The translations under genes and the position numbers were made by a program. A DNA stretch of 39,654 bases from Octopus bimaculoides (Eukaryota), in assembly GCF_001194135.2 (NCBI RefSeq), contig NC_068982.1, forward strand, positions 49,351,195-49,390,848. The letters are read 5' to 3'. Within the stretch, counting starts at the first letter, position 1, and each line of letters starts with the position of its first letter. Below, one piece after another: positions 12,328-22,863 of the stretch. The notes under the pieces were generated by a model that was given only the letters and a program-made list of their open reading frames with translations, made no database searches and was not told the origin of the DNA.

Positions 12328-12380
12328 TGCCAGCATGGAAGACAGATGTTAGACAATGATGATGATATATATGCTTATTT

Positions 12381-12820
12381 AGGCATGGCTGTGTGGTAAG
12401 AAGCTAGCTTCCACACCACATGGTTCTCGGTTCAGTCTCAATGCATGGCACCTTGGGCAAGTGTCTTCTATCATAACCTCAAGCTGACCAAATTCTTGTG
12501 AGTGGATTTGGTAGACGGAAATTGAAAGAAGCCCGTCGTATATATGTGTGTGTGTGTGTGTACATATATATGTGTGTGTGTGTGTGTCTATATTTATGTA
12601 TGCGTGTCTTTGTGCCTGTGTTTGTCCCCTCACCGTTGCTAACAACCGATGTTGGTGTGTTTATGTCACTGAAACTTAACACTTCAGCAAAAGAGATCCT
12701 AAAGAATAAGTACTAGGCTTACAAAGAATCAGTCCTGGGATCGATTTGTTTGACTAAATGCAGTGTTCCAGGATGGCCACAGTCAAATGACTGAAATGTG
12801 TAAAAGAGTAAAAGAGAGTA
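12381..12820 (+). mobile_element. SINE family A, full length
   Basis: Head AGGCATGGCTGTGTGGTAAG, B-box-like GGTTCAGTCTC, CORE-like CCTTGGGCAAGTGTCTTCTA, internal TA/TG tract, tail GACTGAAATGTGTAAAAGAGTAAAAGAG. Confidence 0.92.
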
Positions 12821-13674
12821 CATATATATAACACTCAAAGCAAACTCATAAAATATGCTACAAATAACATATAAAAGCAATTCATAATCACAACACTTCT
12901 TTATCAATATGTGTACACTTGTGTCTGTGAGTGAACTGAAAAGCAAACAATAGAACAATGACATAAAAAATGGAGTATAATAGTGAAAACGAAGGCTTAT
13001 AAAGGAAATAGAAATGCCTACAATTTTTGCAAGACTCAAACATGAAATTCTACATGCTAAGGTACTTATAAATTCACATTCTAAAATAATGTAAACATAA
13101 AACTCATTAGACATGTAAACACTATAAACAAATAGCATATCCTCACAGAATGAGTGAAAATTCTTTATAGTACATCCTTACATCTTCCTTTCAATTTTAA
13201 TTTGAAACATTATTTGAAACATTTCAATTTATAGCATAAAATCAAAAACTACTTCCAATAAAATTAGAATATTTCATTTTTTTTAGATATTAGAAGTATT
13301 ATTTTACTACTTATGAGTATTAATTTTCTAATTGTTATGAGAATTATTCGATTTTCTAAACTTTTAAATTTTAACTTTCATCAATATTATCACCATTAAT
13401 GTATATTTTATATCATTAGTATTTATTCTTCATCAGTACCATTTATGTATACATAAGATATAGACATGTGTACTAAAGGTGTGTGTGTGTGTGTATATTG
13501 ATACATATTGATATACATATACACACACATACATGCATACATACATGCATATATACATATATATACACAAACATTTTGTGTATATATTTACATTACTTTG
13601 AATATTTAAAATAAGAATCTAAGCAAATTGGTTCTTAAAATATAAAAAAAAAACTGGTTAAATACAATTTTGTC

Positions 13675-13830
13675 AGGTGTTGGTGTGACTATAGTGCAAG
13701 TGTGGGTTGCTTCAAAATCAAATGGTTTCAGGTTCAATTCCACCGCTTGGCACCTTGGGCTTCTATTTTAGCTTCAGGCTGACCAAAGGTTTGTGAGTGG
13801 ATTTGGTTGATAGAAGCTGAAAGAAGCTCA

Positions 13831-13906
<76 letters not shown>

Positions 13907-13955
13907 ATGTGCCTGTGTGCCTGATTCTGCCAGCTCGCCACCTTGGTGGCATTTA
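13675..13955 (+). mobile_element. SINE family A 5' half with an expanded (TG)n tract
   Basis: GGTTCAATTCC B box, GGCACCTTGGG, TTTGTGAGTGGATTTGG, about 70 bp of (TG)n. Confidence 0.8.
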
Positions 13956-14337
13956 ATATTGGTACACTTCATTTAAAAGTAGCTTTACTCTTCTACTATG
14001 CTAAAACACACACCCTTCTTTCATGATTCTTCATTCCATGCGTTTCTCTTCTCTTATGTTTTTGAGAAAAGACCGAAACCATCAGAATTAAAAAGATAAT
14101 TACCCTGTATCAGATTACAAGCAAGTTTAATTCTGTTGTCTTTTTGGTTAAAATCTTAGAGCATTTTTCAAGGATGATGATAAACAGACAATCGTTAATT
14201 TTGTTAAATACTACCCCAAATAATTTGTGGCTACAGAATTTCACTCAATGAATTATTTTCAGTATTTGAAAAATTTTCTTTTCAGGGATAAAATAGATTT
14301 ATTGAAAGGTAGTCCAGTCATTAATAGTATTCTTTAT

Positions 14338-15070
14338 ACACACACACACACACACACACACTCACACACACACACTCACATACACACATGCAACATACAT
14401 AATACACGACCATCACACACGCATAACTANNNNNNNNNNAATACACGACCATCACACACGCATAACTATACAAACCACTAACATACATACACACCATCTC
14501 ACTAAGAAATCACCATGTCATATGCACACCACCACATCACGCACATGTATACCCCACCGCCAACACACACACAAAATCACCACTACCACATCCACACAAT
14601 CACATGCACACACAAATACACACACCACCACCAGCACCACCACCACCGCACTCACATTTAGACATAACTGCTTTAGTTCTGGCCATGCAGACATAACACT
14701 ACATACATGCCACATGCATACACCAGACTCAACTCACACACACACTCACACACAACATACAACAATGCACACACACACACACACACACACACACCACAAC
14801 ACACACACACCACAACACACACACCACAACACACACAACACACACCACACCACACACCTCAACACACACACATACACACACACCATACCACAACACACAT
14901 ATACACACACACAACACAACACACACACACAACACACACAACAACACACACACCACAACACGCATACACACACAAACACACCACAACACACACAACAACA
15001 CCACAACTCATGCACACACACACCACAACACCTTCCCTGCCACAACATTACATGCACATCACACACATTC
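14338..15070 (+). repeat. About 730-bp imperfect CA-rich low-complexity array (CA, CAA, CAC units)
   Basis: Read directly; source of the His/Thr-rich and Val/Cys-rich ORFs in the track. Confidence 0.95.
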
Positions 15071-15859
15071 TCTTACTCTCACCATCTACTATGAAACATC
15101 TATACGCCACACTGTTATGTATAAACAACACTGTATATACATATGTACATATTCTGTTTTTCCAGTTTAAAACAACGTTTCTACTGAACCAGGAGACAAT
15201 TATTGGATATCTCGTGTTGTTGTAAAATGTTGGGTTCCAACATTTCACCTGTCAGCTTTCTGTTTCTCATCGTTGTCAAAATGACATGACTGTCACAAGA
15301 GAGACAATGATGGAACGTCTACATGGTCACTCGTTCTGCTAGAAACAACACACAGATCTCCAAATATCCCTCAAAAATGAATTTATCATTGTATGGAGAG
15401 GAAATGCTACATTGGTAGATATAGTATTACTTGTTCCCCCAGAAGTTGGGAAGATCACATTTGGAACGTCTTTCTATGATTGTAAGTCTATTTGATTAGA
15501 GCTGGCCCAGTGTTCGACAATACTATGGAAGCTGCATTATCTCATTTTCTTGCCTCGTTAGTTTTATTTTTATATATATAACTGAATGCTAAACCTCCTG
15601 ATTCAGTTTTCCTCTCTGCTATTCCCTAAAATTGGTTTTTGGATGTTGGGCAGCTGCATGTACGATAACTATGGCACCACCTGGCAACATAGGCCTCCCT
15701 CAGACCCAGGCATCCACTGCCTGCCACTGTCTCTCACTCAGTTGATTTCAAGCATCAGTTGCAGGAATGAAAATTGGGTTGAAAAATATAAATGACATAC
15801 GACCAGATCACTCAGAGTGGAACTTGGTCATAAGTCAAGGGGAAAGTGTGTGTATGCAC

Positions 15860-16159
15860 ACATACACACACTTGATGTTGTTCTCTTGTAGTTTGTGAAA
15901 GATGTTTCTCTAACTTCTTGTTGAACAACCTGCACAAATGATTTGTTTTATAGTGATCGAATGTATGTGCTCACTCACTCCATCGAATTGATGTTGCCTG
16001 AACAGATGCACGATGTGCCACACATCAGGTGTTGAAGTGATCACAGAGCAACGTGTGATTAAGTGTTTTGCTCAAGAACACAATGCACCACCCAACCCAG
16101 GAATTGAAACAATGATCTCATTTTCATGAGTACAATACCCTAACCACTAGGCCATGTGC

Positions 16160-16163
<4 letters not shown>
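15860..16163 (-). mobile_element. SINE family C-type element, different 3' module
   Basis: Reverse complement head GGCACATGGCCTAGTGGTTAGGG..GTTTCAATTCCTGGG, then TTCTTGAGCAAAACACTTAATCACACGTTGCTC. Confidence 0.8.
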
Positions 16164-16202
<39 letters not shown>

Positions 16203-16799
16203 AATATATATATATATATATANNNNNNNNNNCACACACACACACACATACAAATATATATATATATATATATATACATACATACATATGTAAATTCATA
16301 AGCACAGGTATGTAGTTGAGGAGTTTGTTTCTCAATCATGTAGTTTTGGGTTCAGTCTCACTGCATGGTACCATGAATGAGTATTTTGTGCTGGAATGAC
16401 CAATGCCTTGTATTCTTTGCAGAACAGGAATAAGGCATATAGATAATTTTCATTCTAAATGTACTTGCTAGCAAGGTGTTATTGAAATGTTGTTTTGTAA
16501 ATGCATACATAATTAATGTGTAATTGGATAGAAAAATCTTGTAATTTCAGTGCTAATTACTGGAGTACTAAAACTTCAAGAGTGTTAGTCAATAATATTG
16601 AACCCATAACTTATTCTAGGATAGCTATCCCATAACACAGTTAAGAAATCCCTTGGCATTCCCGTGTATATCAAAACTATGTTAATCAAATTTTATAATC
16701 AATTGGGATAATTAAAGTTAATTCTAGAATATCAAAAACAATTTGGAATTACTTTAATTCATTAATTTATTTATTTATTCATGAATTATTTTTCTCCCC

Positions 16800-17400
16800 C
16801 CTTTTTAGAAAAAAATCTTCAAGAATGGATTGGACAGTTTTTACCTTTTTTTCCTTCCTTGCATACGTTTTGCCATAACAAGCAATTTAAATATTTAAGC
16901 ATCAGCAAATGAGCATACTTCATTTGACATTTAAATCCATATTCATTAGTTTGTTTTTTGGGGCTGTTTCTCTAATTCTGCCAAAATTCATCAAACTCTT
17001 TCATTGTTATTTCTTTTGAGACAGTTTTCATTATTTAATTTTTTTTTTTTTTTTTGGCATATCCCTTCCCTTCTTCTCCTTCATGTGCACGTTAATATTC
17101 AATTTCAATGAGATAATCATCAATTAAATCGTTTGAATGTGAAGTCAAATAATTCACCAATATTGCTCAAATCAACATCCATGAAGACAAGTTGTCTTCC
17201 AATGCTAGCAATTTCCTCAATGAGTTTATTTACTGGATTTTTAAAGCTGTTAAAATCATTAACGCATTCCACCAAAAGAATATTTCAGGCTGTTTCCACT
17301 CAGCTGGATGTCCCTTCTTGCCATAAAACATGAATTTTTTCAGCTGCTTTGCTAAATCCTCGTCGTCAGCATTATCATTTATTGTCCACTTTTCCATGCT
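16800..17400 (-). mobile_element. Decayed Tigger/pogo (DDE) transposase C-terminal fragment
   Basis: Minus-strand translation across frameshifts: ECVNDFNSFKNPVNKLIEEIASIGRQLVFMDVDLSNIGELF / HSNDLIDDYLIEIE, then NMDLNVK*SMLIC..IACYGKTYARKEKKVKTVQSILEDFFLK. This matches the remembered Tigger/TIGD tail pattern (WxxLxPECVxDFxGF..EIVxxxxxLGFxxVDxxDxxELxxSHxxxLTxExL.. and QxxLxxFFxK). Confidence 0.7.
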
Positions 17401-17587
17401 TGCATTGGTCAGATGGAATTTGTTGAGGCAAATTTTCTACAGCTGTATGCCCTTTTTGTTGCCAACCTGCACCAATTTCTAAGCACAATAATATTTCCCC
17501 ATAGCCAGACATGTTTTGCACAGAGGACTGGAAACAACCTCACTTGTTTGATGATGCTCATTTTCAATCATTATGTAGTGTCTAGGC

Positions 17588-17886
17588 CAGGGCTGGGCAA
17601 CCTGAGGCAGACTTTTATCTTGATACTTTCTTGAAATGGGTTTATTTAAACAAACATTTTTAAAATTTTATCAAAAATTAAAGATTGTAATGAAAAGCAA
17701 AAAAAGAAAGATACTACTGTTTTTGCAACGATAATATTTCATGTTGAATCAATGACCATTCATTCATTATTGTAATAATAGCATGAGAAAGCAAAATGCT
17801 TTCAATTCTGTCAGTATAAAAGAGGCCTTCAAAAAACTTTCTGTGATTAAAGCAGTCTGCAATGTAATTCGAGTTGGCCAGGCCTG
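17588..17886. mobile_element. hAT (Charlie-type) MITE, 299 bp
   Basis: TIRs CAGGGCTGGGCAAC / GTTGGCCAGGCCTG (12 of 14 match); 8-bp TSD GTCTAGGC / GTCTAGAC, the NTCTAGAN target typical of Charlie hATs. Confidence 0.85.
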
Positions 17887-17904
17887 GTCTAGACAAAGTT
17901 ACAA

Positions 17905-17979
17905 ACAACACATACTTGCATGCATGCACACATGCACGTGCACACACACACTCACAGACACACATGCACACACACACAC

Positions 17980-18010
<31 letters not shown>

Positions 18011-18176
18011 ACCTGTTTGTTTCAGTTACTGCCTACCAAATTCACTCATAAGGTTTTGGTCAGCCCAGGACCATGGTAGATAACACTTGCCCAAGGTGCC
18101 TTGCCATGGGACTGAACTCAAGTCCACATGGGATTTTAAATTTTGAAGCAAGCTTCTTAACCACCCTGCCATGCCT
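17905..18176 (-). mobile_element. SINE family A 5' half, reverse
   Basis: Reverse complement AGGCATGGCAGGGTGGTTAAGAAGCTTGCTTC..GGCACCTTGGGCAAGTG, followed by a TG tract. Confidence 0.85.
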
Positions 18177-18412
18177 ATGCTTAGCTACACACATTCATTT
18201 TTCTCATTTTCCAACTTTCTTGAAAAGTAATAGCATCTTCTCCAGTAGGAACTTTCAATGACTCTGAGAAAGTCCTTTGAATATTATAAGCCATGACTAA
18301 TGAATTTTGCCAAGGTTTGCTTTGCCTTTCATGATTCCAGAAGGAATAAAATAAAGTAGTTTAATCAACTGTACTCTCTCCCCTTAAGCCAGTGGTTTGG
18401 TCCCTATGTTAA

Positions 18413-18632
18413 CCCTTTTGATATCAACCCGGCTGAAACCACCTCTGGCTCTGTAGTACAAATGTCTTGTTTTCAAAAGTTCTGAACTAAAATCTTCTGC
18501 CAAACCTTAGTCACAATTTGTTCCTAACACTAGCTTAATGATAACTAAGTTATTTTACTAAATTCTTTGTTATATTTAAAATTAATTGAAACAAACACAG
18601 CGCATGTCAAAAGGAATGTGGTAACAAAAGGG
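18413..18632. mobile_element. piggyBac-like MITE family 2, 220 bp
   Basis: TTAA|CCCTTTTGATA ... TAACAAAAGGG|ATAA. The interior is unrelated to family 1. Confidence 0.7.
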
Positions 18633-19084
18633 ATAAGTATCAATATATATATAACATAATTTCTATGAAGGTAGAAGAAAAATATTGAAACTAAATAAAA
18701 TTTCAAACCTCAAACTTTTGAGGAATGCATTCCTAAATACTTTGAAGAAAGAAACAAAAAACAAGCAAAATAATAAATAAAAACAGAAAAGGTCAGATAT
18801 AGTATTTACTTAATAAGAAAAAAGTTGCTGAGTACTGAGATCTTTAACTTCAGTGAAAGTGTCATAAATATCAATATAAAAGAATGTTGAAATGACATAG
18901 ACAATATATCATTCAGATATTGGACTTAACATTTAAGAAATATCTTCAAGTATTTTCTTGTCGATTTTAAAGTTCTAGACATTAAGACTAGTATTTTTAT
19001 TTTATAAAAGGGCTTAAACTTTACAGGAAAATATCAAATTAACTTAAAAGTTACATACAAAAAATGAAAGAAATAAATGATAAT

Positions 19085-19227
19085 CCATTCTATTATAGGC
19101 TCAAAACCTAAAGTTTTGGGGGAGGGGACTAGTCAATTACATTGATCCCAGAATTTCACTGGTACTTAATCCATCCACCCAGAAAGAATGAAAGGATATG
19201 TCAACTTCAGTGGAATTTGAACTCACC
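19085..19227 (-). mobile_element. SINE family B, 5'-truncated next to the Penelope end
   Basis: Reverse complement GAGTTCAAATTCCACTGAAGTTGAC..TTAAGTACCAG..CCCCTCCCCC; head missing. Confidence 0.8.
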
Positions 19228-19293
19228 TCAGCGATAATAAAAAACAACCTTATTTACATTTGATGGATATTTGTCCTCATCTTGTTTGTTGTT

Positions 19294-19338
19294 AACACAA
19301 CGTTTCAGCTGATGTACCCCCAACCTTCATCAGATGTC
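19294..19338 (-). ncRNA. Minimal type I hammerhead ribozyme motif (PLE-type)
   Basis: Minus strand: GACAU-CUGAUGA-A-GGUUG-ggggUACAU-CAGCU-GAAA-CGUU-GUGUU. Core CUGAUGA/GAAA intact; helix I GACAU:GUGUU and helix II GGUUG:CAGCU both contain G.U wobbles; helix III is the palindrome AACGUU. Confidence 0.75.
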
Positions 19339-19402
19339 TTGGGGAAATTTCGAATCTGGGTTCTCATTCCTAAGGTATTTTTCGATGTTATTATTATTAT
19401 TC

Positions 19403-19461
19403 AGGAATCGAACTCGGAATCTTGGAGTTAGTAGCTTGCGCTCTTAACCACTATGCCATGC
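19403..19461 (-). promoter_or_regulatory. tRNA-like segment with Pol III A and B boxes inside the Penelope 3' region
   Basis: Minus strand TGGCATAGTGG (A box, 19458-19448), a CT-ACT-AA anticodon-like loop, GAGTTCGATTCC (B box, 19415-19404). Stems are degenerate and there is no acceptor stem, so it is not a functional tRNA. Confidence 0.7.
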
Positions 19462-21844
19462 ACATGGGCAATTATGGAGTGAATTTTAGGGCTTATAAAT
19501 CTAATATTTTCCTATCCATCCTTAATACAGGTTCCCATATGCTGCTCATATCTGTACTCAATCTGCTTAGGAGGTTATTATGTCCTAACATATGTGCTGC
19601 TTCTTTTAATTTTCATATTTTCCAGTGGTGTTCTCTATCTATTATTTTAACTTCATCCCACAGGGGGTCTCCATTTTTCTATACATTATTAATATCTCCT
19701 CCTGTCACAACTTTGCAATGTTAATCTACTCTTATTTTGAGGGGACAGCATGTTTCGCCTTTGCATAACCTACAACAGCTGCATGGGATGGAGTATACAC
19801 AGTCTTTGGTCATATTCTCTTCTATTGGTGTTTTTACTTGAAGAAGATATTTACGAAGTGTTGTATCATTTTGTAGGATAGAAAACTGTAAGTAGAATTA
19901 CTGGAAGAAAAATGTTATCAATTAATAAAACTATTGTTAAAAAACTAAAAATTGTTGTAGATCAGATCATATAGTTGTAATAGTTTCCAATTAGTTCTTT
20001 CAAACCTTCACATAGGCTACTCACACGGCTTTTTATTTTATATCAGCAGTCTTACATTGCAGTCAGCCAAGGAGATATATTTTACAGGTGACTGCCTCCA
20101 GTACAGTCCCTCTCCAAACATATGGGTGTTTTGCTTCTGAATAGTAGCCACACATTTAACTTGAACATGATAAACTTCATGTTTAGCCATTAAGTCATTC
20201 TCACACTATACCACGATATAAATGGTATCACTCTACCTCTTCCATTCCGCTTAAACCTGTTGCAACCTTCTATTTTTTAAAAATTCTGTTCACTAGCTAT
20301 TGTTTATAGTGCCTTATATCAATTCACTCTTATCTAACTTGATAAAGTTACTATTCAGGGAAACAATACATTTAGCATCCAATAGGGTGCTATTAACAAG
20401 ATATATTTAAGCTGTCTTTAGGAATCACAAATTAGTGTTATGTGATAGTAAACTAATTGAATCTAGAGACATTTTATACTATCCCATAATTTAATTAATG
20501 TTTTAATGAAATAAAAACAAAACTATCGGTAATCTGGCTTAAGTCTGTGTAGCAAAGGCAAGCCAGGGGATTAATATCCAGATAAGACATGAGTGAAAAT
20601 GAAACAAAAATATACAGAATTAGTATGTTTAATGCTGTAGTGGAAAAGAAGGATAAGTCAATGTTTTAGACAGTGATCCTTCATAGTAGAAGGAAAGGAA
20701 AATAAAGCAATATTGGTTCAAAGATGTAAAATTCTTAAATGGTAAATGCCACCTAAATAATGGGATATAGAACACCTTTCACTAACATAAGCATCGACAG
20801 CAGCACTAGAGATAGTTTTATCTATAGTCTTAACATCAAAACTTCGAATTTCTTCATGTCAACATATACTTTATAAGCTGAGATAATTTCAAAGCATTAA
20901 ATTATAGAAATTCACTTTCTATTCTTGAGATGTCAACAGTATTCACAACAAAATGGCTTCAATGCATATCTATAATTATCTCCTGCATTTTTGGTGCATA
21001 TCTGTAATACATATATACATACATATATACATACATACACAGTGACTTGTAATGGATTTACTGCTAAAACTTGATTTTTATTGTGACAGTGATTCTCTAA
21101 ATGCATATTTTGCTGTACCTATTTTTTTTTCCATTTATATTTTTGTCTTCCCTAAAATTAGTAAGGAAAAGACTTTCACTTCATAGAACATCACCAAATC
21201 ATATTGTCATATTTTTGACAGTGAGTATTGCTTTAGTGAAGACATTAGATGAGCTTCCAAAATAGAGATTTAATTCAATTTCAGCAAATGCAATGCTACT
21301 AGTTTAAATTCATGGACAACCGTATGTTAAGCAATGAAGTTGGGTAACTAAAAGGAGCTACTACTAAACTAATTGTAAATTAGTCTATTTAAGATGAACT
21401 GCAGAGTTCAACTTTTGATTAAATCGCCAAATTCACTTTCAATGATTTTATCTTAAATTAGTCTACTCACATGCTCCAAGAACTAAATCTCCACATTCTA
21501 AATGCTACCATTTGGTTTAACTGCTAAATTTAACCATTAATCATAAATGCCACAGAGTTCAGCTAGTGAGTTCCTCCAGTAAATCATCTTCACCAAAATG
21601 ATCTTTACTAAATTAAGCCACAATATTCTTCCTCATCAACATCTCTCAAGTTTCGGAAAAATTCAAATATTATGGGAGGCAAACAACGGTGTCTTATTAG
21701 AAGTGTTGATAATATATGTGTGTGTGTGTGGACCAACTTTCCTTGCTTTATACAATAGTATTTTAATATTAACTTTCATTTTATTAATGAAGCTAAGAAT
21801 ACCTTAAGTAAAATTACATTTAAACATTAATCTAATGTACTTTC

Positions 21845-22200
21845 TTTTATTCTTTTACTTGTTTCAGTAATTTGGCCGTAGCCATGCTGGGGCATCACCT
21901 TGAAGGGTTCTAGTCAAAGAAATCAACCCCAGGAATTATTCTTTGTAAGCTCAGTACTTATTCTATTGGTTTCTTTTGCTGAACCATTAAGTTACAGGAA
22001 TATAAACACACCAGCATTGGTTGTCAAGTAATAGCAGACACATACACACACACACACACAAAACCAAATCCACTTACAAGGCTTTGGTCAGCCTGAGGCT
22101 ATAGTAGAAGACACTTGCCCAAGGTGTCACACAGTGGGACTGAACCTGGAATCGTGTGGTTGGGAAGCAAGCTTCTTACCACACAGCCATGCCTGCACCT
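21845..22200 (-). mobile_element. SINE family A, full length, reverse
   Basis: Reverse complement AGGTGCAGGCATGGCTGTGTGGTAAGAAGCTTGCTTCCCAACC through the GAAACAAGTAAAAGAATAAAA tail. Confidence 0.92.
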
Positions 22201-22215
22201 ATTGTATAACTATGA

Positions 22216-22735
22216 AGTGCATGGCTGTGTGTTTAGGGTGTTGTACCCATGATCACAAGATCATGGTTTCAATTTCGAAACTGGGAGGTGTGTTATGTTC
22301 TTGAACAAAGTGGCTGTGTGGTAAGAAGATTGCTTCCTAACCACATGGTTCTGGGTTCAGTCCCACTGCATGGCACATTGGGCAAGTGTCTTCTATAACC
22401 TCAGGTTGCCCGAAGCCTTATGAGTGAATTTGGTAGACAGAAACTGAAAGAAGCCATGTTGTGTGTGTGTGTGTGTGTGTGTGTGTAATGTGCCCCCACC
22501 ATCATTTGGCAACAGTTGCAGGTGTGTTTTGGTCTCTGTAACTGAGCAGTTTGTCAAAAAAATACCAATAGAATAAGTACCACGCCTTAAAAAATAAGCA
22601 CTGGGGTCAATACATTTGACTAAAAATTCTTCAAGGTAGTACTCCAGCATGGCCACAGTCTAATGAGTGAAACAAGTAAAAGATAAAAATTTCATATTGC
22701 TCCAGTCTGCTTCACTGTAAAAGAGCAACCCTGTG
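22216..22735 (+). mobile_element. SINE family C (22216-22310 and 22690-22735) interrupted by a full SINE family A (22311-22689)
   Basis: The C sequence stops at TTCTTGAACAAAG and resumes at TTTCATATTGCTCCAG on the far side of the A copy. Confidence 0.8.
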
Positions 22736-22863
22736 ATGAAATTGTGGCCTTTTTCGGGGGAATGTCATGATTTTGGTCATTTAGGAGACCATAAGTCAGA
22801 GAAAAAATGCACTCATATATCTGTCAGTAAAGTGGATATATTATCTGAAATGTATAGTATTAA

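Larger units (their letters stand above)
19237..19870 (-). mobile_element. Penelope-like element 3' fragment: GIY-YIG endonuclease C-terminus plus 3' UTR/pLTR
   Basis: One frame 19864->19493 (124 codons, 3 internal stops): TTLRKYLLQVKTPIEENMTKDCVYSIPCSCCRLCKGETCCPLKIRVD*H..PLWDEVKIIDREHHWKI*KLKEAAHM..SSIWEPVL. It shows the PLE pattern xVYxIxCxCxxxYxGETxRxLxxRxxEH .. WDxVKIxDRE .. RKxKEAxH. Confidence 0.9.

Noticed and set aside
14401-14470. Exact 30-bp direct repeat around a 10-N gap (also at 16190-16260, 23636-23710 and 35995)
   Set aside because: Duplicated flanks on both sides of fixed 10-N gaps indicate unmerged contig overlaps, an assembly artefact rather than a TSD or CRISPR-like repeat.
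14522-15225. 190-aa and 172-aa His/Thr-rich ORFs (and similar ones at 35716-36437)
   Set aside because: Pure translation of CA-rich microsatellite; (CA)n has no stop codons in any frame.
19403-19461. Calling the tRNA-like heads (here and in SINEs) tRNA genes
   Set aside because: No acceptor stem, broken anticodon and T stems, embedded in repeats.
20655-20690. Minus-strand CTATGAAGG-ATCACTG-TCT-AAAAC resembling a PLE hammerhead
   Set aside because: Both core halves are mutated (G5 missing, GAAA -> AAAA); at most a dead relic.
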